A stretch of 62,672 nucleotides of DNA, the filler included, from Perkinsus olseni (Eukaryota), in the NCBI GenBank assembly GCA_013115125.1. It is 12 parts of 12 records of this genome, joined end to end, with 100 filler letters (N's around TTAATTAATTAA, not from the genome) between each part and the next. Parts side by side here need not be neighbours in the genome. Positions count along the whole stretch, not along the records: positions 10,561 to 15,736 come from JABANN010001211.1; positions 15,837 to 21,008 come from JABANN010001212.1; positions 21,109 to 26,271 come from JABANN010001213.1; 9 more parts are not named here. One strand, written 5' to 3'. Every line of letters begins with the position of its first letter. Position 1 is the stretch's first letter. The notes beneath the pieces are model-generated. The model was not told the origin of the DNA. It did no database searches and saw only the letters and a program-made list of their open reading frames with translations. Shown here piece by piece: positions 12,068 to 23,649 of this stretch. The position numbers and the translations under genes are program-made.

Positions 12068-13979
12068 AGCTCCACCAATGACTCGCGTACACCAATCCCA
12101 TCATGAGCTTGACGTGTAAGAAATATCGGTCCTTTTCATCTTCTGATATACCTTTCGCAACAGCTCCGGAGCAAATTCAGCCTTCGGCTGGCGAGGTTAC
12201 CAGACGGTGTGGCATTCCAGAAGCAAGGAACTCTGCGCCGTGCTCACCCGAACTATGCTCTCCGAGCTTTAGTAGAGTTATGACTCTGTGCCCTTACCCA
12301 GCTCTGAGGATCGTAGTCGACATCGGGTGCAACAACAAAGCTTCAGTTGCGTGAGTCAACGAACCGATTTCTCCGTAAGAAGACAGCGTTCGAAGCGGTC
12401 AGTGGCAGTTGAGAAACGGGTTATTTAGAGGCTTGTGCTTGCGGTAGCTGAGGAGTTCCGTACTCTACGAGAATTGCACCCTTCAGTCACATATACGGTC
12501 TACCATTCCGGTCCAGGAGTCATGAATCAGCTAGCTGATTCCCTCACTCGTGCCCTGGATCGTCCCTGTGATGGTACTGTCCCACTGCTGTCGACGATAC
12601 TCTCGTCGGTTCCTCGGATGGATTTTTCGGGCCCAAAATTGGTCGAAGAGGCAGTTGCTCAGGATGGGCAGTCTTCCTCAAATATATTTCTAGTGCACTC
12701 GTTAGATCTTGAAGTTGAGGATTCACTATTCCTTCCTTGTCCGATATTAGATCTTAGCCATAGTAAAGAATCTTGTGATAATTTCATGCCAATTTCTCTA
12801 TGCCATCCTAGGAAGGCGCAAGCTGATGCTACTACTGCGGCTGTGGGCGCATAACTAGCAATTAAGAAATTGGAGGATATGAGCAGGGATCTCACCGACA
12901 TTGGCACTATTGCTCTGGTAAGCGAAGATGTTGATTAGAGCTCGTTCCTTCAGCGGTTACTAGCGTACAAAGACGTCAAAGTTATCTACCGACTGGTGGC
13001 AGTGTTACGAGGTGTTACGCTTCTGGATTGCGTATTGTTGGTCTGAGATCGTCGTCAGGTTCGGACGGAGCATGGTGGCCCTTTCATTATAATTACGACT
13101 TCGATTTATGATTCGAAGATTACGACTTGGATGTCGTATTGAGCATACTTAAAGCCTGTGTGGCCGCGCGATGGTTAGACAGGACGAGGATATTCATGCC
13201 TCGTGGCAGCATCAGTATCGCCATAACTGCTGCCAGCAGGTGTTAAGAAACAAATACGCGCCGAGACGACTTTCTGACCGGGGCTGAAGTCTGGAACTAA
13301 ACTTCCCGCATTGTGTTCCATAGGGCTGACACGTAGGCTGTAGGGTGATTCACTGCGATGTGAGTGACTCTCAGCAGGGAACCAGCACCAGGAAGGAATG
13401 GATGTTTGGCCATAAAAATTGGGCCACACAGGCTCAATATCATAGAAAATGCGGCGCCGGAGTTTGATACAATCTCGAGGTGCGCCACAGTGTGTCAGAG
13501 TCACAACCCGAAAGAACCGCCAAGGAGACCAGCCAGGATTTTCTCGTGCTATCAAGATCCTGCTCGTTGATAAACATGAACGAAAGCCTATGGATCTCGT
13601 GTTCGATCTCGGCGGAAGGGCGATATCCTCCGGTGCTAGGCCGACCTCCTATGCATACGAAAGGATACGATGCATACGAGTACAATTATCGCCTTCTGCT
13701 ACGCTAAGGCCGACTTGGGTGATCCTTCAAAGAACGGTGGGCCAATTCGTTGGCATGCGCAAGTTCGGCTCACTTCTCCGTTTTCCAGTACATGTTGTCG
13801 TCAAGAAAGATGTTGCGTTCAAAACGGTGCATCATTCAGCAAGGGTCAGTGTCTTCTCCTTTTGCGCGTGCCACCTCTGGAAATCTAGCGTCGTGCCCTT
13901 TTGGAATCCTGGCGCCGACCGTTGTGGATGAAGCCGCTCTCCGCGAAAAGCTCTGCCAAACGGAAAACCTGGGTCAATT

Positions 13980-14185
13980 TGTAGCTGGCGCGGTGCCAGC
14001 TAGAGGTTGGCGCGCGTGCGGCGCGCGCGTGGAGGCTCAGGAGACGGTCACGGGTGACGTGACCGGCGGAGGGCGTCTCGCGGAGCGGAGAGATTGTGCG
14101 TAGCCATCTTGACTCGGGTCTTCCTAATGTCTGAGTTCACGTCGTCAATTGGGAGTGAAGCGGCTGAGGGGACCCGCTCACCACA
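13980..14185 (+). mobile_element. Solo LTR (206 bp) containing a spliced-leader-like sequence
   Basis: Starts TGTAG, ends CCACA; 5-bp TSD CAATT at 13975-13979 and 14186-14190; removing it restores the host integrase reading frame. Confidence 0.85.
14097..14118 (+). other. Perkinsus/dinoflagellate spliced-leader-like 22-mer
   Basis: TGCGTAGCCATCTTGACTCGGG versus the recalled Perkinsus SL ACCGTAGCCATCTTGGCTCAAG: 17/22 identical, 13 contiguous. Confidence 0.65.
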
Positions 14186-16040
14186 CAATTGGAGCGGTGG
14201 TACTTGGCCCGTTGGCTCGGGCCCTTCACGATCACGAAGGTTCCCAAAGCCTTTACGGTCGCTCACGGGACCTCGTTAGTTATCCTGACTTGCGGGAGCA
14301 CTGCCGCGCGTTTGTTCGCGATTGCCCTTCCTGCTCTGTCGGAAAAGTCACGGTTTCTGCCGCAGTGGAGTGCGGTCTGGCGGATCGTCCGGTGGTCCCC
14401 CGAGCTTCGGAGCCCTGGGAAAGTGTTCATATGGACATCGCCGGCCCGTATAAAAGCCAGGAATTGTATGTCACCACCCTGGTTGACAACTTTAGTGGCT
14501 ACCTTGTCACCAAAGTTTCCAAGTCCACTCCCACCGCCCATGTGACTTCTGCGCTGTTCCGGGAGGTGTTAGAGCGCTTCAACACTCTCCCGCGGACCGT
14601 CTATCACGATGGCGGGTCCCAGTTTTAAGCTGCTGAGTTCCTCGCGGCTATCCGCTGGGCACCCGCCGCCGTGTGCCGGTCCCCTGTGCATAGTTCGTGG
14701 GTCAACGGAAAGGTGGAGCGAGTACACCGCGTGCTTAACGAACGGCTCCGTTCGCACGTTTCCGGTTCTCTCACTTTCGCTGGCTTCAAGGAGGTTATCT
14801 CTCGCACCACGCAGATGTACAACACTTCTCCTGTGCGTCGTGGTGGGCTCAACCCACATAGTCTTGTTTTTACCTTCCCGGCCTGGCCATATCCTTCGGT
14901 TTCTTCGCGGTTTCGCCCCCCGCTCGCTTCGGCCGCCGATACCGCCGCACCTGTGGATCCTTCTCGGCCTTTGCGGTCTCTTCCTCTTCCTGGGGCCTAT
15001 TCAAGTGCCCCTTTTTCCGAGGAAATGTTTTCCGACACGAAACGGGTACTGATTCCGAGCCCCTACTTTTCCGAGTTTCCGAGAAACCCTACACCGATTG
15101 TGAATCAGTAATACCACACTTATCAAACTACAGTGGCCACCACACTCGAAGATACTCACAGTTTGCTGTTCAGCAGACTCGTTTACGGTAAAAAATACCA
15201 GACTGCCACTTACAACAACCGCTACCCTAAGAAATAAGACCGGCAATTTATTGGAGATAAATAATATCGCACAACTTCTAATTCTAATCATCTTCAACAT
15301 ATTCACTGCTCTTAAGCAAATGAGGCACCTCAGTCATTCTCTGATTCGACAACCTTCACTCCTTCAGCTCTCATCCTGCCGCACATAAGGCGATAATAAT
15401 CGGACTTGTGTAAGGCGTACTGTGTCTGGGCTCTTATCAGATCCAGTTTAGCTGCATGTATCTCCTCCAAAGCAGAATTCTCCCTTCGCCCTCGTTTTCG
15501 AGACTTCACTGACTCCCCCAATTCGCGGCTTGAACCTCGCACGCATTCTGATGAACTGGACGATGATGTACTCAAGACTTGGTCTGCAGGTTTCTTGGGC
15601 TCCTGATAAACGTCAAGGACCCCATCATCATCGTCCTGGATGAGCCCTTCAGTTTTGTCACCAACATTATCTTCGGCAACCTCTACTACTTGCCTGGGAC
15701 CATCGCCGCAGTCAGACTCCACATCCAAGCCTTGCGNNNNNNNNNNNNNNNNNNNNNNNNNNNNNNNNNNNNNNNNNNNNTTAATTAATTAANNNNNNNN
15801 NNNNNNNNNNNNNNNNNNNNNNNNNNNNNNNNNNNNGATGGTGAAAAAAGACTGCCGAAAAATAGAGTTGAAAATGACAGTGCAAGTGGTGCAAAAACAG
15901 GTGTTTAGAGAAACTCCGGTGAGGAAAAACGATTTACTCTTAGCCTGGAAGTCTCAGGACGCAACAAATGAAATGTAAAAAGCGCTCGCCCCGAATCTTG
16001 CGCTGCGGTTTTTCCCAAATGCGTTCAATGGAATTAGAAC

Positions 16041-16350
16041 GGGTAATTCCCAAAATCCAAGGCAGCACTTTCGGGGATCTTGTTGCCCACGGTGATAGTT
16101 CGGGTTTCTGGTTGCCCTGGGTAACTGTTCCGGGATCGGGGTGCCCTGTCGGGTTTCGGGAAGGGTACACCGTTCCTGCCTTCACCCACAATTCGCTTTT
16201 TCTTCTGTAAAAAATCCATTCTTCAAAACAGTTCGCATTCTGTTACCCAGGGCAACCAGAAACCCTAACTATTACCGTGGGCAACGAGATCCCCGAAACT
16301 GCTTCCTTGGATTTTGTACCCTTCCCTTCAATTTTGTACTTCACCCTAGA
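16041..16350. mobile_element. Mutator-like MITE with ~80-bp TIRs and 9-bp flanking direct repeat
   Basis: Left arm GGGTA...CAAAATCCAAGG...GGGTAAC pairs with right arm GTTACCC...GGATTTTGTACCC (ends 16321); AATTAGAAC at 16032-16040 and 16351-16359. Confidence 0.75.
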
Positions 16351-16423
16351 AATTAGAACAGAGTGTTCTTCTGAGGTGCTCAATCCCTTCTGAGATTACC
16401 CATCTCGTTGTTGTTTTTCAAAC

Positions 16424-17936
16424 ATGGAAGCCCCAACCATGCGGCCTCGTCGCGACTCGAAGGTTAAATTTGACGAAGACACCATAGCCGAGCACGACAA
16501 ACTCAGGTTGGGTACTGGGAGAGTGTCGGCTTTCTCTTCGTCGTGGGTCGCATCCGAAAGGTTTTTCAAAGTGAATTTCCCGTTCCAAGTACTCCGAAGA
16601 GGGTAATAGAGTTCACCTTGCCGGTTTGGATGGACTGGTCAAACTGCGTTCGTCTGTGTAACGGAAAGTAATCATCCTGATTGAAAGGCTAGGGCTACTC
16701 GGCGCATGGGGTCCGAAATGATGGCGGACATCTTCATCGTCGCGTCCAGACGTTAATATTAGTCGTAAACAGAAGCGAGGATGAGACTCCGTGACCGTTT
16801 GGTGTCGTGCCGCAGGTGTCGGGCACGTCATTGTTTGTGAGATTGTCTGCTTCTGCTAGGCTTAAGTGAGTTACCATTGATCTGTTCATACGTTATTGAG
16901 ATTGACCTCTCCAATATCCTGGCTTGTGCTTCATGGATGACGCCGTTGCATGTAATATTGTTACTTGAAGGCTAAGTACTGATGATTATGTAAAAATTGT
17001 ATTTTTGAAAAATGAAATGGGAAAGTGGTTAATTTCGGTATAATTTCGGATTGAATTACTAATGATGAGAATGGAGTTCTCATTGTTGTTTCACAGCGAG
17101 TTATCAGTAATTTGCCTGTAAACTTTGACGCTGCTGATTTTTCTCACTCAGGGGTACGCGCATGGTCATCGATGAACCGGATACTCCCTTCATAAAGGAA
17201 ACGGCTCGGCATGGCGACAGCGACGAGGAAGATACTCGCGCGCAGCCGAAAGATTTCGGAAATGAACTCGCTGAGATGCTGGAGAAATTGACGGTCACGA
17301 AGGAGGGCACGGTAGTATCTGAGACGAGGGAGCTCGGTTTTGCTTCATGAGATTCAGCAAGGCGAAACTTTTCGGTTTCTGGGGGGGAAATTTCAGAAAT
17401 TTTGCACGGGACGGGTCACTCTTCGCATGGCACTGTGTTAGCGAAAAATTAGAGGTCGAAAATTAAAAGTTTGGCAAGATATTTTCGCCCTTGTTGTGGC
17501 CCAGATCGGAAAAAGAAACTTCTGGGCTAGAAAGGCAACACAACTCGAGTAGCCGCACGAAAGGTTGAAAATTATCGAGCCCACGAGACTTCGATGCTAC
17601 GATGGTGCTGCTGCGCTTGCAACTGTGGGGCTGAGCGGCCTTGCAGGTCGACCGAGAAGAAGCTGATTCTCAACTTGCGCAAGAGAGGTCACGGCAGGCC
17701 TTCAAGGATAAGCGAAAGAATCATTACAATGAGTTCCAGGTGAGATTTTCCGTATCTTACGGGCTTCGACATAGGATACCTTCGACCGATAAAACTTCTC
17801 ATTATCTGATTGATAATATTCATCATCCGCACATACCACACCTTCCCTTTCTCTCGGGCGATGGGAGATCCCTGTTCGGCTTCAGGCGGTAAAGGTGCTC
17901 GGGAAAGACTTGACTCGAGAGGACGAGGATGAGTAG
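16424..17936 (+). CDS. PPP1R2: Protein phosphatase 1 inhibitor-2; exons 16424-16506, 17152-17311, 17647-17739, 17886-17936
   Basis: KVKFDE (RVxF), MVIDEPDTPF and FKDKRKNHYNEF motifs; GT-AG introns in phase. Confidence 0.92.
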
Positions 17937-18204
17937 TTGAAGGAGTGGTACGGCAAGTTATCTTTACATGGATTGTCTGATTGCAATTGTTGTTCGATAA
18001 CTCCGTTTTTTGTGTTAATAGTATGGAGTTCTCGAATCATTGAACCAAACGGTTTTCACGAATCGAGAAAGACTGCTGTTCAAAGTGGTTCGAAATGATA
18101 TTCGTGATTTACGTGGTGTCGCTGATTCTCTCATTTAGGGGAATCTTTCGAATTATGACTAACCATAATCGACCTAAGATTCTCAGTGTTTCACAGCTCT
18201 TTCG

Positions 18205-19889
18205 ATGCTTGCATCACTCTCAGCCGTCGCGACGCTCAGTGAGAATCTCCAAGCGAATGCAGATTCCCGAGAAAGCGTTGCTCAGTTGATGGCGTCTCAG
18301 CTAACACCATCACAAAAAGAATCGTTCCTCGAAGACCTTCTCTCGGCCATTCTGCAAGAAGACGGGAAATTGGTGAATGATCTCAGCGCGACCATTGCCG
18401 TATTGATTCTCGAGGATTTGCGCACAGCGAAGATTTTGGATTCGTCCGAAGATATCCGGACCGCATGCGGAAAACTGCAGCTTTTGAGCGCTCGAGAACC
18501 GGAGAGGGAGGTGCCGCTGAGTCGACTGTTCGCGAGACTGGCCAGTGCCTTGGGGCCGGCATCAATGGCTGAGCTGCTGCTCCCCGAGGCGGCGACGGAT
18601 GTGAAAGATGTGCAGTTCGCAAGCGCGGCCATGGGAGAGGTAGTAGGGGGGTGGTATTTATTCGGATTTTACCCGCGATATAAAAGACGCATTTCATATT
18701 TGTCAATTGGGAACCACGTGAAACGCTTTGGGTGTTTTTTCGCGAAGTGATTTGACTTAATTTCACATCGCGATTTTTGCGGTTTTTACTTTGCGAAAAA
18801 CGCCACTTCACGTAGTACGGGTGAAGCATCAATAGAATCAGACAGCAGGCCCCGTTGTTAAACCTGTGTGATGATTTTCCCTCTTCGAGAGGGCCTCTCG
18901 TCGATCCCCTCCCGGATGTGCAATAAGAGATTGTACCACTTCCTTATATTATTGCTCTTAATAGCGGTTTTGAACCATAGGTGTCTTCAACGAACCGTTG
19001 CCTCTCTTGAAAGTCAGGAGCGCTTCTAGGATAGAATCTCACGTGAAAAGGAAAATCCTGGGAGTGCTTCTGAAACTCAGGAGAGGCCGTCTATCGACCA
19101 CCCAGATAGTAATACCTTCATCCCCTGATTTTTTATGCTGCAAACCATAGCTGGAAAATCACCCGTAATACCTGAAGTGCCATTTCTCGCGAAGTGGAAA
19201 ATCGCGATGTAAAAATTTAAAAAGTTTATCAAAAATTTTCCCCAAAAAATTTCGAAAAACACACATTTTCGGTCAGGTTTTCTCTCGAGAATCTCCTGCG
19301 AAGGAAGAAGTGGCCGCCGATCTCCGTCGTCGGGTCCTCGTCGATCTGCCGGACATGTCGCCTGAGGTTCGCGAGGTCTTCTACTGCAGAATTCTTCCGT
19401 TAATTGAAACTCCCGAGTTCATTCGAGCTGCTCGAGTTCACCAAAGGAAGCCATGAGGGACGGATCGTTACCTATTGTCAAATGGTCGGCGAAATCGATC
19501 GCGTGATCGATTGGGATGATGTGCGTGCGTGCATATCGAAAAGCACTGGAATGATTCACCGGAAGCGTGCGAGATGGTTGCTTGAACGCCGTTCAATGAA
19601 CGGGTTGGAGGTCCCGAGGTTTTAAACTCGACTTGGCAGTGGTACTGGGCGTTGGTGGAATCTCTCGACGAGTTCGCTTGCCACATGTAAATGGGGGCTG
19701 CACGTTGGCCGGGTTGATCGCCCCAGCAGGTTCAAGGAGTTGTTCACACCGAAGCTGCTGATAGTTGCCTCGGAGGCATCCAAGGTCGAAGCTGGCGCAA
19801 TACAGGGATGGAAGATGTCATCGTTGTGGGTGGAAGCACTACTGGAAGCTTGTCTGGGTAAACACGATTATGAGGCAATAGCAAAGTGA
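18205..19889 (+). CDS. Hypothetical helical protein, multi-exon (3' structure approximate)
   Basis: ~145-codon first exon from ATG 18205 and further GC-richer coding-like segments at ~19277-19615 and ~19730-19889 separated by intron-like stretches. Confidence 0.45.
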
Positions 19890-21196
19890 GCCCTTCCATG
19901 GGAGATGACCTTCCCGGCTATGGTATTCTCGGAATGGTGGAGGGCGCACGTCCGTCCGCCCGGGAGTCAGTACGAAAATTTCTACACAATAAGACGGTGC
20001 TTAGCAACAAACTAGGCATCAGCAAGCGCGCCATACTATTCTGATGACGGTTAAAATGTAGCGGGGTTTAAATTATTCTCTTCTCCACTTCCCAGAGAAG
20101 ATGACTCAACACGTGCTTCACCGCACCGCATCAGTTAACTGGAAGTGTTGGGTGAGACTGTGGCGTAAATCAGCCCGAGAATCGCAGACCGACAGACATC
20201 GCCAGGATGTCCAATACACTTCGGGCCAGCGGCCAATGCAACACCGCAGTCACATCATCGCCTTGCACGCGAGCACACAGGAACTGTCTCCCAGATATGT
20301 AACTAACCAAGGGTAAAAGAAAAAAGCCCTCGGAACCAGCTCCAAAGAGTCATTCGAAAAGACCTTCTCACGCCAGGGTCCGCTCCCTACGAACACGAAC
20401 GCAACATACCGTTGCTATCACCGCGCGAGCACCTCGCGCACAAACTATGCTTGCTGCGCTCGCTTGAACTTGCTCCAGGCAGGCGAAGCCCGGACCTTCA
20501 CTTATTGCGCGACCGTCAATGGCACATTGGTTCAGTAGGTTGAGGTTCTAGCCTCTCATCCCATTCACCCAGGTTTGATTCTCACCAGCCGAACTTTTCT
20601 CGTCTTTTCCCTTTCTTGTTCCGAGGCTGTTTCCGACCATATATTTTTTCGATTCATTAACGCCAGCGAGCTTCGCCCACCTTCGCACCGAAGGCCTAGT
20701 TCAACTGCTGCGATGGTCCATCTAAGCGGGATGTATGTACCGTTATCTACACCCACAACTGCGTGATCCTGCAAACTCGGCTTCTACGTGGCGCAATCTA
20801 TGATACTCGTAGTGCAATCAGCCAGTTGCCGGTGAGTATCGTAGGTTGCACCGAGAGGCGTTCGATATAAGAAAGCGTATAATGTGTCTCACGTCAGCTG
20901 CCATGAGATTAATACAGATCTCTGGCTGTTGTTGGTTCAAAGAAATTCTTTGAAAGAATATACGGTACGTGCCCCATAGTAATTGCTTTGCAAGAGCAAA
21001 CTTTGCCGNNNNNNNNNNNNNNNNNNNNNNNNNNNNNNNNNNNNNNNNNNNNTTAATTAATTAANNNNNNNNNNNNNNNNNNNNNNNNNNNNNNNNNNNN
21101 NNNNNNNNGAAATGTACGGCATATTATTGATCTTTTCGGTCAGTTGATGATAATCTTGTGTTTTTCTTGGATTTCTCGCTGGTTTCACTTTACTCG

Positions 21197-21808
21197 ATGG
21201 TTGTTCTTTCGTCCCTGCCATTCTGTCTCGCGATTTCTCTTGTTCTTGCACAAGGCAACGTGAGCAGCCCTACGCCCTCGTCCACTACTGGTGCCAGTAC
21301 CACGCCTACCGTTACCAGTACTACACCTACCGTTACCAGTACCGCACCTACCGTTACCAGTACGACTTCACCTGGCCCTGTGAGTACCACTCCTCCGCCG
21401 ACTAAGTATTGTCCTATCGGTTGGTGCCTGGACACGCAGTGGTTCAAGGGGCGTCCATGCATCACGCCCAAGCCGAGCGATTTGAAAATATGTTGGGATA
21501 ACTTCTGCAAGGCCGATGCGAACAATCGAGATATCCACCCTACAAATGCTCAGGGCAGAGGACAAGGCACTTACTGCAAGGAATGGCAATACCCTGCTGG
21601 GCGTATCTGCTTTCACGACATCAAGCTACCTTGTCATTGTGACGGCTTCAACTCCACGCCCTTTGCTCTGTCTCCTAGAGACGGTTGGTCTGTGGCCGAT
21701 CCATGCAGCTATACCACTGTCCCTCTATCTGACAGCAGCGGTGTGAGACCGGCTGTCATCCTGTACATGGCTCTGGCCTGCATTGTGAGTTCATTTTTCG
21801 TTAGATAG
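21197..21808 (+). CDS. Secreted Thr-rich, 10-Cys, putative GPI-anchored surface protein (paralog 1)
   Basis: Signal peptide, (TTPTVTS)n mucin stalk, YCPIGWCLD...GTYCKEWQYPAGRICF...CHC domain, hydrophobic C-terminus; intronless. Confidence 0.85.
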   Translation: MVVLSSLPFCLAISLVLAQGNVSSPTPSSTTGASTTPTVTSTTPTVTSTAPTVTSTTSPGPVSTTPPPTKYCPIGWCLDTQWFKGRPCITPKPSDLKICWDNFCKADANNRDIHPTNAQGRGQGTYCKEWQYPAGRICFHDIKLPCHCDGFNSTPFALSPRDGWSVADPCSYTTVPLSDSSGVRPAVILYMALACIVSSFFVR

Positions 21809-22272
21809 ACGGTTGGTGGTCGAGCGTGGTGATTATACCGGTCGTCAAAGGGGTTCATTTGTAATTCTAAGCCGGTAGTCTGGTAAATCGTCTTTTAGGC
21901 GTTTCTTCTACCGTATTCGTAGACTACTCGGCCTTGCGTTTGTTAGGATGTTAACCAGAAGGATTTGGCGATTTTTGCGTGATGGTAGATTTTTTGGCGT
22001 TGCTAGGGTCGTTTCTTTCGCGGGTTAATTGAGAATATTTTAGACCTGTTTATAATGTTTCCAAAGGTTGAAGCGCTCGATACTTGAGGTTCTCCGAAGT
22101 TAGAGTGTTAATTGTCGCCGCAGTGCTTGCGTTAGGGACGATTGCTTACGGCGTGGCGAGCGGCGAATGAGCACTGTAGCGGCGTCCAACGATGAATTTG
22201 ATTTCTTTGCCGTGTGGGAAGATATCTTCCCTCAGCCGTTTCGTTTGAGTGTGCGTTCTTGAGTAGTTCTTT

Positions 22273-22815
22273 ATGCGCTTAAAGCTCTCTCTTCCACTGC
22301 TACACCTCGGTCGGTGTGAGAATGTGTCTACTACGGCCCCGCTGAGCACTACGACTGGCCCCCCTCGTGACTACTGCCCGGATGGTTTCTGTATTGATAG
22401 TCGGGTGGTGGGGAGTGTGAGCAGCCCGCAGTGTATCTACCCCTCGCCTGAGGAGTTGGGAAAGTGTTGGGATGATTATTGTGTTGATGAAGCACGGCAT
22501 CTGAACACCTCCATCCAGGGTGCATACTGTAAGGACTGGCAAGACCCTGCTGGTCGAGTGTGCTTCCCTTTGTCTAACTTGACCTGCTACTGTAAAGAGC
22601 TACGGCAGATCGCTCCTATTGTATCATCCTTCGGTCAACAACCGCCTGGCTGGGTGTCAGTCAATTGTGTCTACCCGACTACCACTCCGCCACCACCATC
22701 CCCTGCGACTTCTACTGGTGGGCCTGATCCGCCCTCCCCCGGAGGTGATGCGAACCGCATTGGCGTGGGCTCGATCGCTGTGCTGCTTGTCGCGACTCTG
22801 TACCTATATGTTTGA
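22273..22815 (+). CDS. 10-Cys putative GPI-anchored surface protein (paralog 2, divergent)
   Basis: YCPDGFCID...CWDDYC...GAYCKDWQDPAGRVCF...CYC; Pro/Thr linker and hydrophobic tail. Confidence 0.8.
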   Translation: MRLKLSLPLLHLGRCENVSTTAPLSTTTGPPRDYCPDGFCIDSRVVGSVSSPQCIYPSPEELGKCWDDYCVDEARHLNTSIQGAYCKDWQDPAGRVCFPLSNLTCYCKELRQIAPIVSSFGQQPPGWVSVNCVYPTTTPPPPSPATSTGGPDPPSPGGDANRIGVGSIAVLLVATLYLYV

Positions 22816-22952
22816 TTGCCTCCAGGCTCCTGTGTGAGATCGTCCTTGCCAACTTTGTTCATACTTAATTCGCTCTTATCTGTTGTCCAGATCTCTTGCT
22901 TTTTCGCGTTGCGTTGCGGGCGAGTCGAGATCTTCAGTTTATTTGGTCAACG

Positions 22953-23495
22953 ATGATTCTATTTTTCGTTTTATGCGTCGCTCTTGTCCGGGCACAAACA
23001 AACGTGACGTCTCCTCCTACTACATTGACTACCACTTCAACAACACGGCCACCGAAGTATTGTCCCATCGGCTGGTGTCTTGATTCTGAATGGTTTAAAG
23101 GCCGTCCATGCATCACACCAGCGCCGAGGCAATTGCGGGACTGTTGGAACACGTTCTGTAAAATTGACGCGAATCACCGAGGGATTCGCCCTACGAATGC
23201 TCAAGGCAGAGGGCAAGGGACATTCTGTAAAGACTGGCAAGATCCCGATGGACGAGTTTGCTTCCACGACTTCACACTGCACTGCCATTGTGACACTTTT
23301 CAGTCCACGCCGTTCTCCCACCAGCCAAGGGAAGGCTGGTCGGAGGCAGCGGGGTGCAGTTACCCGCCTCCCCCGGGTGTTTTGACGACAGCTTCGCCGC
23401 CGTCGTTCGACCCAAGCTCGAGCGCTGGTGATGCAAGAGTAGAGGCTGTTGTTTACCTTTCTAACACTTTTCTATTGTTTTTGGCGTTAATCTAG
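22953..23495 (+). CDS. 10-Cys putative GPI-anchored surface protein (paralog 3)
   Basis: MILFFVLCVALVRA signal peptide; Cys domain closely similar to paralog 1; hydrophobic tail. Confidence 0.85.
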   Translation: MILFFVLCVALVRAQTNVTSPPTTLTTTSTTRPPKYCPIGWCLDSEWFKGRPCITPAPRQLRDCWNTFCKIDANHRGIRPTNAQGRGQGTFCKDWQDPDGRVCFHDFTLHCHCDTFQSTPFSHQPREGWSEAAGCSYPPPPGVLTTASPPSFDPSSSAGDARVEAVVYLSNTFLLFLALI

Positions 23496-23649
23496 AGGAG
23501 TAAATCGTCTTGAGGCGAGAGGCACTCTGCTGAGGGTTGAGTTGAGGTCAGTTAAGACAGATCGGAAAATTAGATTCCTTTGATTTGGGTAATTGAGGTT
23601 GATAGAGGTCCAATGGGGTACGGTCTGGGAGCGCGCCTTCGCCCGCCGC

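Larger units (their letters stand above)
12190..15111 (+). pseudogene. Decayed Ty3/Gypsy LTR-retrotransposon pol (RNase H remnant and integrase)
   Basis: RNase H-like SKELCAV and HSGPGVMNQLADSLTR; integrase HDHEG...CPSC zinc finger, VHMDIAGP, LVDNFSGY, HDGGSQF, NGKVERVHRVLNERL; in-frame TAA at 14626-14628. Confidence 0.88.

Noticed and set aside
14189-14260. RWLGPFTITKV resembling the integrase GPY/F motif
   Set aside because: It is in an alternative frame over the zinc-finger region and upstream of the catalytic core, the wrong position; treated as coincidence
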